DNA of 64,000 nt, taken from assembly GCA_950097015.1 (NCBI GenBank), contig CATNEN010000038.1:31806001-31870000 (forward strand). Direction: 5' to 3'. A program made the position numbers and the translations under genes. Source of the DNA: Macrostomum hystrix. Taxonomy: Eukaryota > Animalia > Platyhelminthes. The notes beneath the pieces are model-generated. The model was not told the origin of the DNA, searched no databases, and saw only the letters and a list, made by a program, of their open reading frames with translations. Every line of letters begins with the position of its first letter. Position 1 is the stretch's first letter. Below are positions 46,792 to 59,544 of this stretch, piece after piece.

Positions 46792-48829
46792 ATGGCAAAG
46801 GCTCGCGCTAAATTCGACAAAATGTGGCGACTCTGGTACGCCATCCTAGTACTGGCTCTGCACGCCTTCCTATTGTATTCGGCCTTTCAAAGATACGCTT
46901 CTTTTAGGAGCAAAGCGTTGCGAGAACAGTGGGACATGAGCCCGATGAATTTCTACCTGGCCATGATGATCTTGGCTGCATTCCTGCTGCCATTCTTTAT
47001 GTACGCAGCTCTGGTCAAGACGGTCAACTACGCGGAGGACGGCGTTCAGGTTGGTCGCGATCGAGACTGCCTTCGGGTGGCCATCGCCGAGACAAGCAGC
47101 TCTGGCGGTGTCGCATCCGGCCAGCAGCAAGCCACGATTGGCACCTGTATGAGACGGTTGAGGCGGCATTTTATGCCGTACACCTGCGTACTGCACGTCC
47201 TGATGGCCTTCTGCCTGCTGATTCCGATGCCAGTGCTGGAAGCAGCCGAGATTCACTATGCTAAGCGACCCGTCGGTGAGTAGCCTTTACTCCGCTCCCT
47301 TCATTTTAAATCCGCTCCCTTCATGTAAAATCCGCTCCCTTCATGTGAAATCCGCTCCCTTCATGTAAAATCCGCTCCCTTCATGTGAAATCCGCTCCCT
47401 TCATGTAAAATCCGCTCCCTTCATGTGAAATCCGCTCCCTTCTTATAAAATCCGCTCCCTTCATGTGAAATCCGCTCCCTTCATGTGAAATCCGTGCCCT
47501 TCATTTGAAATCCGCTCCCTTCATATAAAATCCGCTCCCTTCATGTGAAATCCGCTCCCTTCAGTGAAATTCGCCCCTCCTTATAATCGGCCCCTCTCAA
47601 GAATCCGCTCTCCAAAGAATCCGCTCCACCTTAGAATCCGCCCCTTCTTAGAATCCGCTCCTCCTTAGAATCCGCTCCTCCTTAGAATCCGCCCCTCCTT
47701 AGAATCCGCCAAACTTTGAATCCGGCCCTACTTAGAACCCGCCAAACTTTGAATCCGCTCCTCCTTAGAACCCGCTCCTCCTTAGAATCCGCCCCTCCTT
47801 AGAATCCGCTCCTCCTTAGAATCCGCCCCTCCTTAGAATCCGCTCCTCCTTAGAATCCGCTCCTCCTTAGAATCCGCCCCTCCTTAGAATCCGCTCCTCC
47901 TTAGAATCCGCCCCTCCTTAAACCCGCTCCTCCTTAGAATCCGCCCCTCCTTAGAATCCGCCCCTCCTTAAACCCGCTCCTCCTTAGAATCCGCCCCTCC
48001 TTAGAATCCGCCCCTCCTTAGAATCCGCTCCTCCTTAGAATCCGCCCCTCCTTAGAATCCGCTCCTCCTTAGAATCCGCTCCTCCTTAGAATCCGCCCCT
48101 CCTTAGAATCCGCTCCTCCTTAGAATCCGCCCCTCCTTAAACCCGCTCCTCCTTAGAATCCGCTCCTCCTTAGAATCCGCCCCTCCTTAGAATCCGCCCC
48201 TCCTTAGAATCCGCTCCTCCTTAGAATCCGCCCCTCCTTAGAACCCGCTCCTCCTTAGAATCCGCTCCTCCTTAGAATCCGCCCCTCCTTAGAATCCGCT
48301 CCTCCTTAGAATCCGCCCCTCTACCCGCCCGTCCTAAGAATCCGCCCCCGCCTAACTAAAAGGCTCTATTTTGTAAGTTCAGCTTGCATTAGCTTGCTAA
48401 TATTTAGATTGGCTCTATCGAACAGGAGGTCATGAGATAATCATTAGGTAACTCGCTTAAAAAGAATCTTCTAGTTTTACCATTGGCTATTTAGACGACC
48501 TCTAGCCCAGGTCGCAAATAAACTATATATTCAGATAAAGCTACAGGTAGGCATGCATGCAGCTATGCCATACTCGATAACCTTAGACAAATTCTTTAGG
48601 CCCCTAAAAGCGTAATGACGCATGAAATACTACTAGTAAAGTGATATATATATACAGACAAAATTATGACGCACGCTTTAAACATATAATTAAGGATTTA
48701 AACTAGCGCCTAATGCAGCATATAGTATAACAAAAAACTCGTTAGTAACAAATTGTAGCCAGGGGTAGTTACTAATTAAGCTTTCTTTATTATTTGCGAA
48801 CGAAAGGGGTTCGTAAATTAATGATCCAC

Positions 48830-48860
<31 letters not shown>

Positions 48861-51800
48861 TGCTGCTGCTGTTGCTGATTCTTACTCGAAGACTGGAAGC
48901 CAATGCTTGTCTTGGACGATTTCAAAGTTCAAAGCTAGAAATTAATTACAAAGCAACCATGTCACCATGTTTTTTGTTCGTTAAGTTTGTTTCCTTAGTT
49001 TTTATTGTTTGTGAAAGAAAAATCTTCTAGTTCTTGCGAGATCCAGGGTCCATGGACAATGAGGATGTTATTAAAGGGCCTAGATGTTTTATGAATCAAC
49101 CAAGGCCAAGGCTACCAAATATGAAGGGCGTCTAGTCTAACTAAACCTTCAAAGCATACAAAGGATGTAGTTTACGACCAGTTTTATAGCAGTTGTTGTG
49201 TGAAGGCATTCCGTTCACAGATAGCGCGCCTTAAAAAAATCAAAACCTTAAAGAATATGTTTAATAGTATGCTCGTACAATAAGGAGATTCAGGCATAAA
49301 TTTGATGAAGCTTTGACTATCTAGAGTTAGCTAAGTCTCATATTTCGTAAAAGCTTGCTTTTATTGCCCTTACGAGGACAATGTGGTAGGTTTCTCGTCG
49401 TTGGGCTTTGCTTAACAATTTTTTGGAGAAACAGCCTATAGCTTAGCAACAAAGGAAATCTGCATTCTTAACACGCTTAAAAAATCCCACAATTCTCCGT
49501 CTGTAATATCCGCCCCTCGTTAGAATCCGCTCCTCTTCAGAATCTGCACCACTTCGGAATCCGCCCCTCCTTAGAATCCGCTCCTCTTCAGAATCCGCTC
49601 CTCTTCAGAATCCGCACCACTTCGGAATCCGCCCCTCCTTAGAATCCGCTCCTCTTCAGAATCCGCACCACTTCAGAATCCGCTCCTCTTCAGAATCCGC
49701 CCCTCTTTAGAATCCGCTCCACTTCAGAACCCGCTCCACTTCAGAATCCGCTCCACTTCAGAATCCGCTCCACTTCAGAATCCGCTCCACTTCAGAATCC
49801 GCTCCACTTCAGAACCCGCTCCACTTCAGAATCCGCTCCACTTCAGAATCCGCTCCACTTCAGAACCCGCTCCACTTCAGAACCCGCTCCACTTCAGAAC
49901 CCGCTCCACTTCAGAATCCGCTCCACTTCAGAACCCGCTCCACTTCAGAATCCGCTCCACTTCAGAATCCGCTCCACTTCAGAACCCGCTCCACTTCAGA
50001 ACCCGCTCCACTTCAGAACCCGCTCCACTTCAGAATCCGCTCCACTTCAGAATCCGCTCCACTTCAGAACCCGCTCCACTTCAGAATCCGCTCCACTTCA
50101 GAATCCGCTCCTCTTCAGAATCCGCTCCTCTTCAGAATCCGCTCCACTTCAGAATCCGCTCCTCTTCAGAATCCGCTCCTCTTCAGAATCCGCTCCTCTT
50201 CAGAATCCGCCCCTCCGTAGAATCCGCCCCTCTTCGGAACCGGCTCTTACATCCGCTCCTCTTAATAATTTCAGATATTTAGAAATAGTTTTTCCGTTTC
50301 GTCAGAAAATAATGTCTGAAAATTGTGTCTCTCGTTTTGGTCTAGAAGAAAAAAGACGAATTTAACACCGTAAAAATAGCCCCTATCATTATAACAAAGA
50401 GAATCGTATAACTAATCTAATGAGGGGATATACAGTCCAGCACAAATGAGTCGCAATTTGACCGTCTGCTCATTGTGTTATTGTTTGCTACAAGCCGCGC
50501 TTGCGAAATGGCAATCGTGTATGAAAATCCACACAGTCGGAGCCGTTGCTAAAAAAAGCGTAAATTAGTCATCGGGTGCATTATAACAAATGTTGCTAGC
50601 GGGTCGGAATTCGTCACGCAGCTTACTGACTAACCCCGGGGTAACAGCTGGAAAACAGGTCTAGATCGGAGGTCAGGCTGCTTTGGGATTTTTCAAATTT
50701 TTATCCTCCGCGAAAAAGCGTATACCTCAACGGTTGCCATTTGCGATCCGGCAAACTGATATTAACTGCATGGCAACAAAGACTTTGGCTAGAAATGCAC
50801 AGCTGCATTGCTTCAGTTCACCCAGCTGTTAAATGGGTACCAGCATCAGCTGGGTTAATTGAGGGTTGGGTGTGCCGTACCCCCAGTCCATGGACTGAAC
50901 AGCCGTACACGCTGCCCGTACACACACGCCGGCTGCGGCTGCGGCTGTGCTGTCGGCTGCTCATCTGGCCCAATCTGGCCCAATATTGTTAATATTTGTA
51001 ATTAACAAATTATACTTATTAAAGTACGCACCAGAATTATCATCGCTCCCATTTTCTAACCCATCGCAGAGGAAGTCTGGCGCACCAACTTGGACTTCAT
51101 TTATCGTCCGAGGGCCTCGGCAACCAACTCAGTCTGCCCGGAGGTGTTCAACCTCATGCTGGCGCTGGCCATCCTGCTGGTTCGCTACCCGTCAACCTTC
51201 TGGTTCTCCAACCGGGTCTTCGCCTTCATCTTCTCCGTGATTCTGTGCGCTTGCGGCCTGCACATTGTCCTATCCTACGAAGCCACCTCCGTCCTATTCA
51301 AAGCGTCAATGTCAAATGGCGCCGTGGCCCACGTGAACCTCCTGCCGCCGGCTATCATTGCGCTTCACTCAATCGGCGACCTGCTGCTAATGATCGCTAA
51401 CATCGCCTTCTTCGAGTTTGGCTACGCCCAGATGTTGGCCAACCTGCGCAAGTACCGACACTACCTGCAGCTTGAGGCCGCCTCGAGTGTCAGCGACCGC
51501 TCAATCAGCAGCTACAGCGACGAGACGCCCTGCTGGTTGAACTACGCTCCGCACCTAGCCGGCATCCTGCTGATGGTTATTGCCGTGCTGTGCAAGGCGC
51601 CGGTGCTGTGGGACTGGATTGGCCTGTATCGGACCCACCAGCAGCCCGCCATGCTTGCAGCTGTGGTGTCAGGCGGTATCTACCTGTGCCTGTGGATCGG
51701 TGTCTGGTTCCTTCTGGGCTTCAAAGCCAATTGGAAATTCAACATTCGACTAGAGCTGGAATTTCCCGGCAAGATTCACCAACAGCAGCAGCAGCAGCAG

Positions 51801-52844
51801 CGGCAGCAGCAGCAGCGATCCGACTCGGACTTCGGCAGCATGAAACGCAGTGGCAGCAACCAGTACATGTACCTGCAGTCCAGAAGCAACGGCGAAGCCA
51901 TTTCTATGATCCCAACGATCTCCGAGCAGGTGGACATTGCTAGCGAAAACTCGTACACAGTCGGCCTGGTCGGCGGCGGAGGCGGCAGTACCTTGGAGCG
52001 ACAGCAGCCCAGCGGCCTCGTCAAGTACCAGCAGATGCGCCGCAGCTCAACCCAGAGCAGCGCCTCCCAGTTCAGCGGCGGCGGCAGCCTTCGGCGAAAC
52101 GCGTCCACGGCATCGCGTCGCGGCGGTGGCAGCGTCGTCAGCGGCATTGTCGGCGGCCCGATGGCCTCCACAATCGGTGGCAACCGCGTGACCTTCAAGG
52201 ACACGGTGCACGAAGCTATACCCGGCTCGCCAAACGCGTCGTCGTCTGACAGCGGCATCGATTCCAGCAGGTTGGCGGCGGGCATCCAGATGTCTTCAAT
52301 CGATGATCCCTATGCCAGGGTCAACAAGCCCCATCAGCTGCAGCAGCAGCAGCAGCAGCAGATGCCGAACAGGGCACCGAGTCGTCAGAGTAACTACGAC
52401 GACTACCAGATGTTCGGCTCGCTGTTTAACCAGCATCAGCAGCAGCAGGCGCCGCCGCTACCGCCGCACCATCATCAGCAGATGGTGCCCGAGAGGGAAT
52501 ACTACACCAGACAGGAGCTTCAGGAAATCGTTGGCCATAGCAACAGCCATAGCGACATCTACGGTCGACTGGGCGGCGGAATTGGCGACTTCGATCCGTA
52601 CGGCACCTCCGCACTGTACACTCACCACGAGGCGCCCGAATTTCAGCAGCAGCAGCAGCAGCAGCAGCAGCCGGATATTCTGCTGAGTAAGAGTCCCTAC
52701 AACAGCTTAGGTCGTCAGGCGGCATCTAAAATGAGCAGCGGTGGCTTGGTTGAGCACACTTATCGAGGCTCCTACAGCTCACTGCCAGCTCCTCCTATTG
52801 CTGAATTAGCCGATCACGTTGACGGCTTATGCAGCCAGGTGTGA
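46792..52844 (+). CDS. Tincar-like multipass membrane protein, 2 coding exons, ~752 aa
   Basis: Exons 46792-47275 (phase 1, G|GTGAGT) and 51070-52844 (CGCAG|). LWYAILVLALHAFLLY..F.RY, HVLMAFCLLIP, VWRTNLDF, PEVFNLMLALAILLVRYPSTFW resemble the tincar family; long Q/S/G-rich tail ending CSQV (PDZ-ligand-like). Confidence 0.8.
47290..48350. repeat. Adjacent 20-bp (TCCGCTCCCTTCATGTGAAA) and 17-bp (AGAATCCGCTCCTCCTT) minisatellites in the tincar-like intron
   Basis: Tandem arrays sharing the ATCCGC(T/C)CC core. Confidence 0.93.
49508..50262. repeat. 17-bp minisatellite (AGAATCCGCTCCACTTC)n in the tincar-like intron
   Basis: Tandem array related to the one at 47.6-48.3 kb. Confidence 0.93.
50803..50910 (+). 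mobile_element. SINE family B (CORE-like), 5'-truncated fragment
   Basis: TGCATTGCTTCAGTTCACCCAGCTGTTAAATGGGTACCAGCATCAGCTGGG...CAGTCCATGGACTGAACAGCCGTAC is the reverse complement of the copies at 57.5 and 58.7 kb. Confidence 0.78.
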
Positions 52845-54954
52845 ACATTGCGACACAATTGTAAAATCCTTCTGAGTTGGCAAAGAAACACTGTTTTCTA
52901 TTATTTCTTATAGTCGAGATGTTCATAATTTATTGTTAATTATATTTCATAATCGTACCTGTTATTAAGCTGCGAGTAGTTAACGTACTCGTGATTTGAC
53001 TTTATAGCGATTCAATTGGCATTTTTCTGACCAAGTAACGAATGCGACATTACGATTTTTCCTTTATCCTTATTATTTATATGTGGGATCGTTGCATCAA
53101 AAATTATGCTACACTTGATCTATTTCATCTACCAAAACACTCGCTTGACTCTCGCTTTAAGCCTTGGGCACCTGATTAGGTGCAATATCTGTATATTTCA
53201 TTAGCTTTCTTCTTTACTTAAACAAATAAATCTAGGTCCATTTGCTTGTACTCTTTTAGTCCAATCTGTAACAATTGTTCTTTCATTATCATTTATGTAC
53301 GTAAAATTATTGCTTTAGTTCATAAAATGAGAATATATTGTGAAACTTGTTATTATTCATTAGTTTCTACATGTACACAACTAAAGGCTTTTAAATAATT
53401 AAACACAACATTTCTTTATTAGCTTTTCTGTGCTTTTTAAAGCTACTAAAAATATTTCTCTGCTTTGTAATTGTCGATCCATAGGCTGAACCGAAACCTA
53501 GCTCTATGCAACAGTAAATAGTTTTTTTATCACGTTGTCTTAACGATTTAATTTCTTTGTCACCGTATTTTAGAACATGTTCTATAGTTTATGTTGAAAG
53601 TGTGACTTGTTTATTGCGACTGAAAATAAATAAATTATAAACTGATTGATTATGAAAACCTAGTAATAATTGAATTCTGGCAAGATTAAAGACTTCTCGA
53701 TAATTTTCTTGTTTTGAATCACATTTTTAACAAACCATTTTTGTCTAGTGGAAGAACCCTCTAAGTATTCCTCGAGTTTTTTTATTATTTTGAATCGCAT
53801 TTATAACAAACCATTTTTGTCTAGTGGAAGACCCACTAATTATTATCAGAAACGACCTTATATTAACTTCTAACTAGTCAATATATTTTTCTCGTTTGTT
53901 GAAGCATGTACATGTTGATTTATCGAAAGTGAAATGAACATTTATTGTTTCATTGGCCTTCAAGGGTTCGTTTTGTGAAGCGAATGCTTACAAGTGTTAC
54001 AACAATTACTACTAATTAGTTCGAGCAATTCAATTTACAAAGGAGTATTTTTGTAGCCAAGTGTCGAAAAGCAACCGTAGAAGTGAAGCCATGAAATACA
54101 GATTTCCGACCGGCCCGAATGGGTAATTAGGTTTATAGTTATAACTATATGTAGCAGTTAAAAATTAAAAGATTATATATCAAATCCTGTTTCTGGACAC
54201 GACATAAATTTCAAAATGCGTAGCCAAATTATTTTACTATATAACAAAGCATCGTACATACGTACAGTAAACGTAGATTTATTTACAAAATAATTTTGTT
54301 ATTTGCAATGCCTCGATAGTAACTCCATAGGCATTAGCGAAACTAAACCACGGTTCAGTTAGTCGACTTTTTTATCAGTATACAAGCTGATAAAGATTGC
54401 TATACTTTTGGGTGTGGCATCCTCATATATAATCCCTTGCAGTAAGCTCCAAGATGAAATATACTGTTCAAAATATGTGGTTTAGTAGCTGCATGGTGGG
54501 GTCGCAATAGATGAAAAAAATTTAAACTACATTATGGCTTACCATATGAGAGTAACTACGTTGAGATCAAAATATTTGTTTTTCGATCTTATTGAGGAAA
54601 TTATCTAAGTTTTGCATTAGGCTACAGCTTAAATTTTTGTGATTATGAGAGATTAAAGAGCAGAGAGAGGGAGAGAGGAGAGAGGAAGAGGAGAGTGGTA
54701 GAGGGGAGAGAGTGAGAGGAGATCGGATATGGGATATAGAGGGTAAGAAAGGTTTTCTAACGAGTTTAACATATCGGAGAAGCAGTTAAAATGCTGTGTT
54801 TGTCTAACTTTCATGCCGCAATCAAGGACAATTGAAGAGTACATAACAAATCATGATTTAAATCAGGGGTAGGCAAACTTCTTTTTGCTGGCGGGCCAAA
54901 GAGAGAACCTAAAAGACGACAGCGGGCCGCATTGACTGTATAAATAAGAGATAG

Positions 54955-55140
54955 GGGAGAGATTAGACACGGGAGAGATTAGACACGGGAGAGATTAGAC
55001 ACGGGAGAGATTAGACACGGGAGAGATTAGACACGGGAGAGATTAGACACGGGAGAGATTAGACACGGGAGAGATTAGACACGGGAGAGATTAGACACGG
55101 GAGAGATTAGACACGGGAGAGATTAGACACGGGAGAGATT
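54955..55140. repeat. 16-bp minisatellite (GAGAGATTAGACACGG)n
   Basis: About 11 perfect copies. Confidence 0.95.
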
Positions 55141-55705
55141 GTCTATTAACAATTTTAACAAATCTTAGCGAATTGGCGGAATTGATTGACAGGCAAGTAA
55201 TTACAGACGGGGCAAATTGTGCATAGTAACTAACTAGCATAGAAAAAATCTAAAAAAAATGCCTTAGCAACACATCTGCTAGCAATGTTTTCAGACTAAA
55301 AAATACGTGGGCGTCAGTGTTGTAGAGCGCATGTGCTCATGCATTGTGTCTCTTCTCTATAAATAAATTCCTTGCATTTACATGTACAGCTCTGCAATGT
55401 GTGAGTGCGTGACAGTTAAGCCATTAGTTAGAAAGAAAATGCATATTGTCTTCAGAGTACGGGTGGTGGTAGGGTAGGCTGTACCGCGTTGTGAGCTGCT
55501 CTGTTCCAGTTGAGCTCATAGTAAATGCACGCGCACTGCAATGTCACTCGATAAAGGCGTATGAGTCATCAGCTGCTCAAGGGTGAACAGGAAGGGAGAA
55601 CAATTTGAGCATACAGCCATGAGAGCAATGAGTTATGAGCTGTTACGCATTTTTATTTAGAGAAATAATGCACTCACATTGCGGTTACGGCTTTCCTGCA
55701 ACAAT

Positions 55706-56170
55706 ATGAGATTGGGGAATAGAATCTGTGAGATTGGGGAATAGAATCTGTGATTGGAGAATAGAATCTGTGAGATTGGGGAATAGAATCTGTGAGATTG
55801 GGGAATAGAATCTGAGAGATTGGAGAATAGAATCTGTGAGATTGGGGAATAGAATCTGTGAGATTGGGGAATAGAATCTGTGACATCGGAGAATAGAATC
55901 TGTGATTGGGGAATAGAATCTGTGATTGGGGAATAGAATCTGTGATTGGAGAATAGAATCTGTGACATTGGAGAATAGAATCTGTGAGATTGGGGAATAG
56001 AATCTGTGAGATTGGAGAATAGAATCTGTGAGATTGGAGAATAGAATCTGTGAGATTGGGGAATAGAATCTGAGAGATTGGGGAATTGAATCTGAGATTG
56101 GGGAATAGAATCTGTGAGATTGGAGAATAGAATCTGTGAGATTGGGCAATAGAATCTGTGAGATTGGGGA
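55706..56170. repeat. 22/20-bp minisatellite (GATTGGGGAATAGAATCTGTGA)n
   Basis: Tandem array. Confidence 0.94.
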
Positions 56171-56803
56171 GTTTATTTTCTAGACTAGGTAGACATAAGT
56201 TTTACGTTTTCTGTTCTGCACTTTCAGTCTTTAATTTTCCTCCTGATTCTATCGGAGGGTGTCAATCCTTTGCCAATTTGTTAGCCAATCAAATGTTGCT
56301 TCTTTGGCATGTGGTGTCCTTATCGGTGCTTTGTAATCGCTCACTTCAAACAATTCTCCTAAAACTTTCTCTCCCTAGTCTTCTCCTAGGGGAAATTAAA
56401 GAGCGGGAAAGGTCATGTCCATTGACGTCTGTGATGTGTGAATTCTGTGGATAATGCCCTCAGGTAGGCTTCTAGATTTATCTGCAGGAACTGCTGGAAC
56501 GTGATAATTATTCTGACAGCTAAAAGCTTAGGGCCAGGCAATTTGTAGGCATTGTCGGAAATGCCATCAATGTACAGTCGCAAATTCAGTGCAAAACCTA
56601 GCTGCCCTATATTGTTCTGTTCGGGCGCTTATCGGATCGAATGTCGAGTGCCTGCTGCGTCGAACAAGCAATGGGTTTAAATCGATTTTAAATGTGGTAA
56701 AAGTATGAACAGCTTTGTTCTCTAATTATTCTACTGTTAGTAGGATGGATCAAATACGAAAAACTCATGAATAAAATTACTGTAAACTCTTGACTTACCT
56801 TAC

Positions 56804-56875
56804 GGGGGTATAGCTCAGTGGTAGAGCATTCGACTGCAGATCGAGAGGTCCTTGGTTCAAATCCGAGTACCCCCT
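56804..56875 (+). tRNA. tRNA-Cys (anticodon GCA)
   Basis: Acceptor stem GGGGGTA/TACCCCC, D-arm GCTCAGTGGTAGAGC, anticodon arm TTCGA-CTGCAGA-TCGAG, T-loop TTCAAAT, discriminator T; Pol III terminator TTTTT at 56881. Confidence 0.96.
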
Positions 56876-57520
56876 CTGAATTTTTGTCTCGAAGTTAGTG
56901 GTTTTTTTTGCTTCACATTCATATTATATTAAACGTGAATTAATTCCGATCCAAAACTGTTAGTAAAATTGACACACTTAACATTCGACTGAACGCTATC
57001 CACAGTTTTAGTATCAACGCTTTCTTAAACGGTAGATTAAACTAATTCTGTCAAGGTAGTCTAAAACTCATCGACAATGCAAAAAACTTATCATTTCCAT
57101 TCGAATCTATTCGAAACATTTAAAATGCATCTGTTTATATAAATTCGTATCAAATTTATCAGTTCTAAATTGCATTTTCAGAAGGAATTTCATGATTCTT
57201 ATTCTATATTTAAACTGTAAAGATAAAGTTTAACAATTCGCACGCTTGATACTACTGACAGTTCAAACAAGTGCAGTATGTTTGCTGATAATTAAACCGT
57301 TTAGAACAATTTCCGAGGAAAAAAAATTTAGGGATCATAATAAAATGTTTTTACAAGTTTCTGTGTTCTAGACAGGACACTCCGAATAGCTCACATGCCA
57401 GCTCCAAAGTTTAATTGCTAGGACTCGCCGATATGTATCGAAAAAAAATTTCCGACAAAATGCACGGCAGAAAATAATATTATGAGGAAAAGTTTTTTAT
57501 ATACGAGATAAAAAGAAAGT

Positions 57521-57725
57521 TAGTCCATGGACTGGGGGGACGCCACACCCACCTTCAATTATCCCAGCTAATGCTGGTACCCATTTAACAGCTAATGGTG
57601 AACTGAAGCAATGCAGAGTTAGGTGCCTTGCTAAAGGACACAAAGTGTTTCAGTGGATATCGCGAATCGAACCCCCGACCTTAAAGTCGTGAGTCCAACG
57701 CCCTAACCACTAGGCTACAAACTCT
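57521..57725 (-). mobile_element. tRNA-derived CORE-like SINE, family B
   Basis: Reverse strand reads TGTAGCCTAGTGGTTAGGGCG (A box) ... GGTTCGATTCG (B box) ... GTCCTTTAGCAAGGCACCTAAC..GCTTCAG..AAATGGG, similar to the CORE domain. Confidence 0.78.
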
Positions 57726-58051
57726 GTACGAAGTACATCAAAGTGCATCATAATGTACAAAGTACAGTCTCTCTTGCAGTGATTGCTTCTGCCATGATTA
57801 AGAGGCCCTATACGTACCCTTGGCCTCGCCAAATAGCTTTTACATATTTTCTATGAGATTATCTATAGAAGGCCACTTGTTGTTCAGTGCAAACTTGCAG
57901 CTCTGGTGTGTCTTCCACTAGATGGGGAAAATTTTGGATGCCATCTTGCTGGGTTTCTCGTCGGCGAGCCGACAAAAATTGACAAAATGAACTTCTAGAA
58001 GGACCAAGCTTTGCTAGTCTGATTGCACTTTTCGCTGTCCTGAATCGCCCA

Positions 58052-58113
<62 letters not shown>
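58052..58113. repeat. (TCTG)n microsatellite
   Basis: Direct tetranucleotide run. Confidence 0.95.
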
Positions 58114-58654
58114 TCAAGCTGTAGAATTCCTAGAAAAGCTATATTATATGCATATTTTTGGCAAACCTGTGGACCCAATCAATAACAGCAGCAGCAGCTG
58201 ACATAAGAAACTATGGGAGAAAAATTCTTCAGGCACGCATGCGGAAAGAAAATTGGCTGCACAAGAGAGAGAAACTTGTGATTCAGCAGCAGCAGCGGCA
58301 GCGGCAGCAACAACTTACTTTTAATCTGTAGTTGCAGTTGGGATCTAAAAAGAACCATCGTACAAAGATAAGCCGACTAAAGATGAAATAGAAGGCAAAA
58401 CAGGTGATGCCAGATTACCTGAATTATTACATTTCTTCGCCATAATGAAGCATGAGGAATACAGAAGTCTAGAGACACATGGCCGTAATAACTAGGTAAT
58501 TATCTAGATCTATAGAAAGACAAATTACCTAGATAAGTAGGAAATTATCTAGATGTAGAATAATTATAATTATAATTAATTGCACATGCCCCGATTGGGC
58601 CAGATGTGCAGCCGACAGCACAGCCGCAGCTATTGCGCGGCGCACTTGAAGGCC

Positions 58655-58869
58655 GCGTACGGCTGTTCAGTCCATGGACTGGGGAGGACGCCACACCCAC
58701 CTTCAATTACCCCAGCTGATGCTGGTACCCGTTTAACAGCTGGGTGAACTGAAGCAATGCACAGTTAAGTGTCTTGCTAAAGGACATAAATAGTTCCAGT
58801 GGAGTCGGGAATCGAACCCCCGACCATCAAGTCGTGAGTCCGACGCTCTAACCACTAGGCTACAACCTC
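58655..58869 (-). mobile_element. tRNA-derived CORE-like SINE, family B
   Basis: A box TAGCCTAGTGG, B box GGTTCGATTCC, CORE-like GTCCTTTAGCAAGACACTTAAC..GCTTCAG; homologous to 57521-57725. Confidence 0.8.
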
Positions 58870-59544
58870 ACTCGAGTAAGCTTTCTAGATCTAAAAGCAA
58901 AAATAAAAAGATGAGTAGGTAAATTTCTAGATCTACAATGACACGAGTTTAAAATAAACTAAGTTCACTATTTAAAAGCAAGTTTTATTTAAATTGTTGC
59001 ATTTGAAAAAGTTAGATTGTGTTATTTCGTGCACATTTGTGAATTTCTGTTCGCATCAAGAATCAATAATATCTAGTAAAGAAGAATCTGCGATTTGCAG
59101 TCCTGCCTACTTCCACTATTAACATAAACTAGCTCATCTTGACACCGAAGCTGGATTAAAAAAGAGAGAAATCCGAATAAGCATTCGCTAATTTGGCAGC
59201 AGCAACAGCAGCAGCTTCGTGGTAATCTCGAGTTGCCAGGCGGCAAGAGAAAGAGTAGAAGAGAGTGATCTAGAGAGCTGCGAGTGAGAGTGAGTGAGGC
59301 GGATAGAAGGCCGGGTCACCCGCACAAGTACAAAGTGCCTCGAGCCTATAGTCGTCCATCCAGAAGATCCCATGGATTTTCTTCCCTAAAGCGTCCACCC
59401 CAAAATGTGGCCAAGCCTAGCGAATGGCGAGATCGAGTTTTAGAAAGTAAAAAGGAGAAGACAGTTGAGAGAGCCAGCGCCTCGGTTAGGACGATATTTG
59501 AATTCTCAAGAAAGAATCCTGACCTAGTAGAAAATCCCGTCACA

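Noticed and set aside
53710-53835. Short imperfect duplication (TTTTGAATC..GTCTAGTGGAAGA)
   Set aside because: Two-copy local duplication downstream of the poly(A) signal, with no sign of function.
57655-58866. tRNA-like sequences on the minus strand as tRNA genes
   Set aside because: They have A and B boxes but no proper acceptor stem and continue into a shared CORE-like body, so they are SINE heads.
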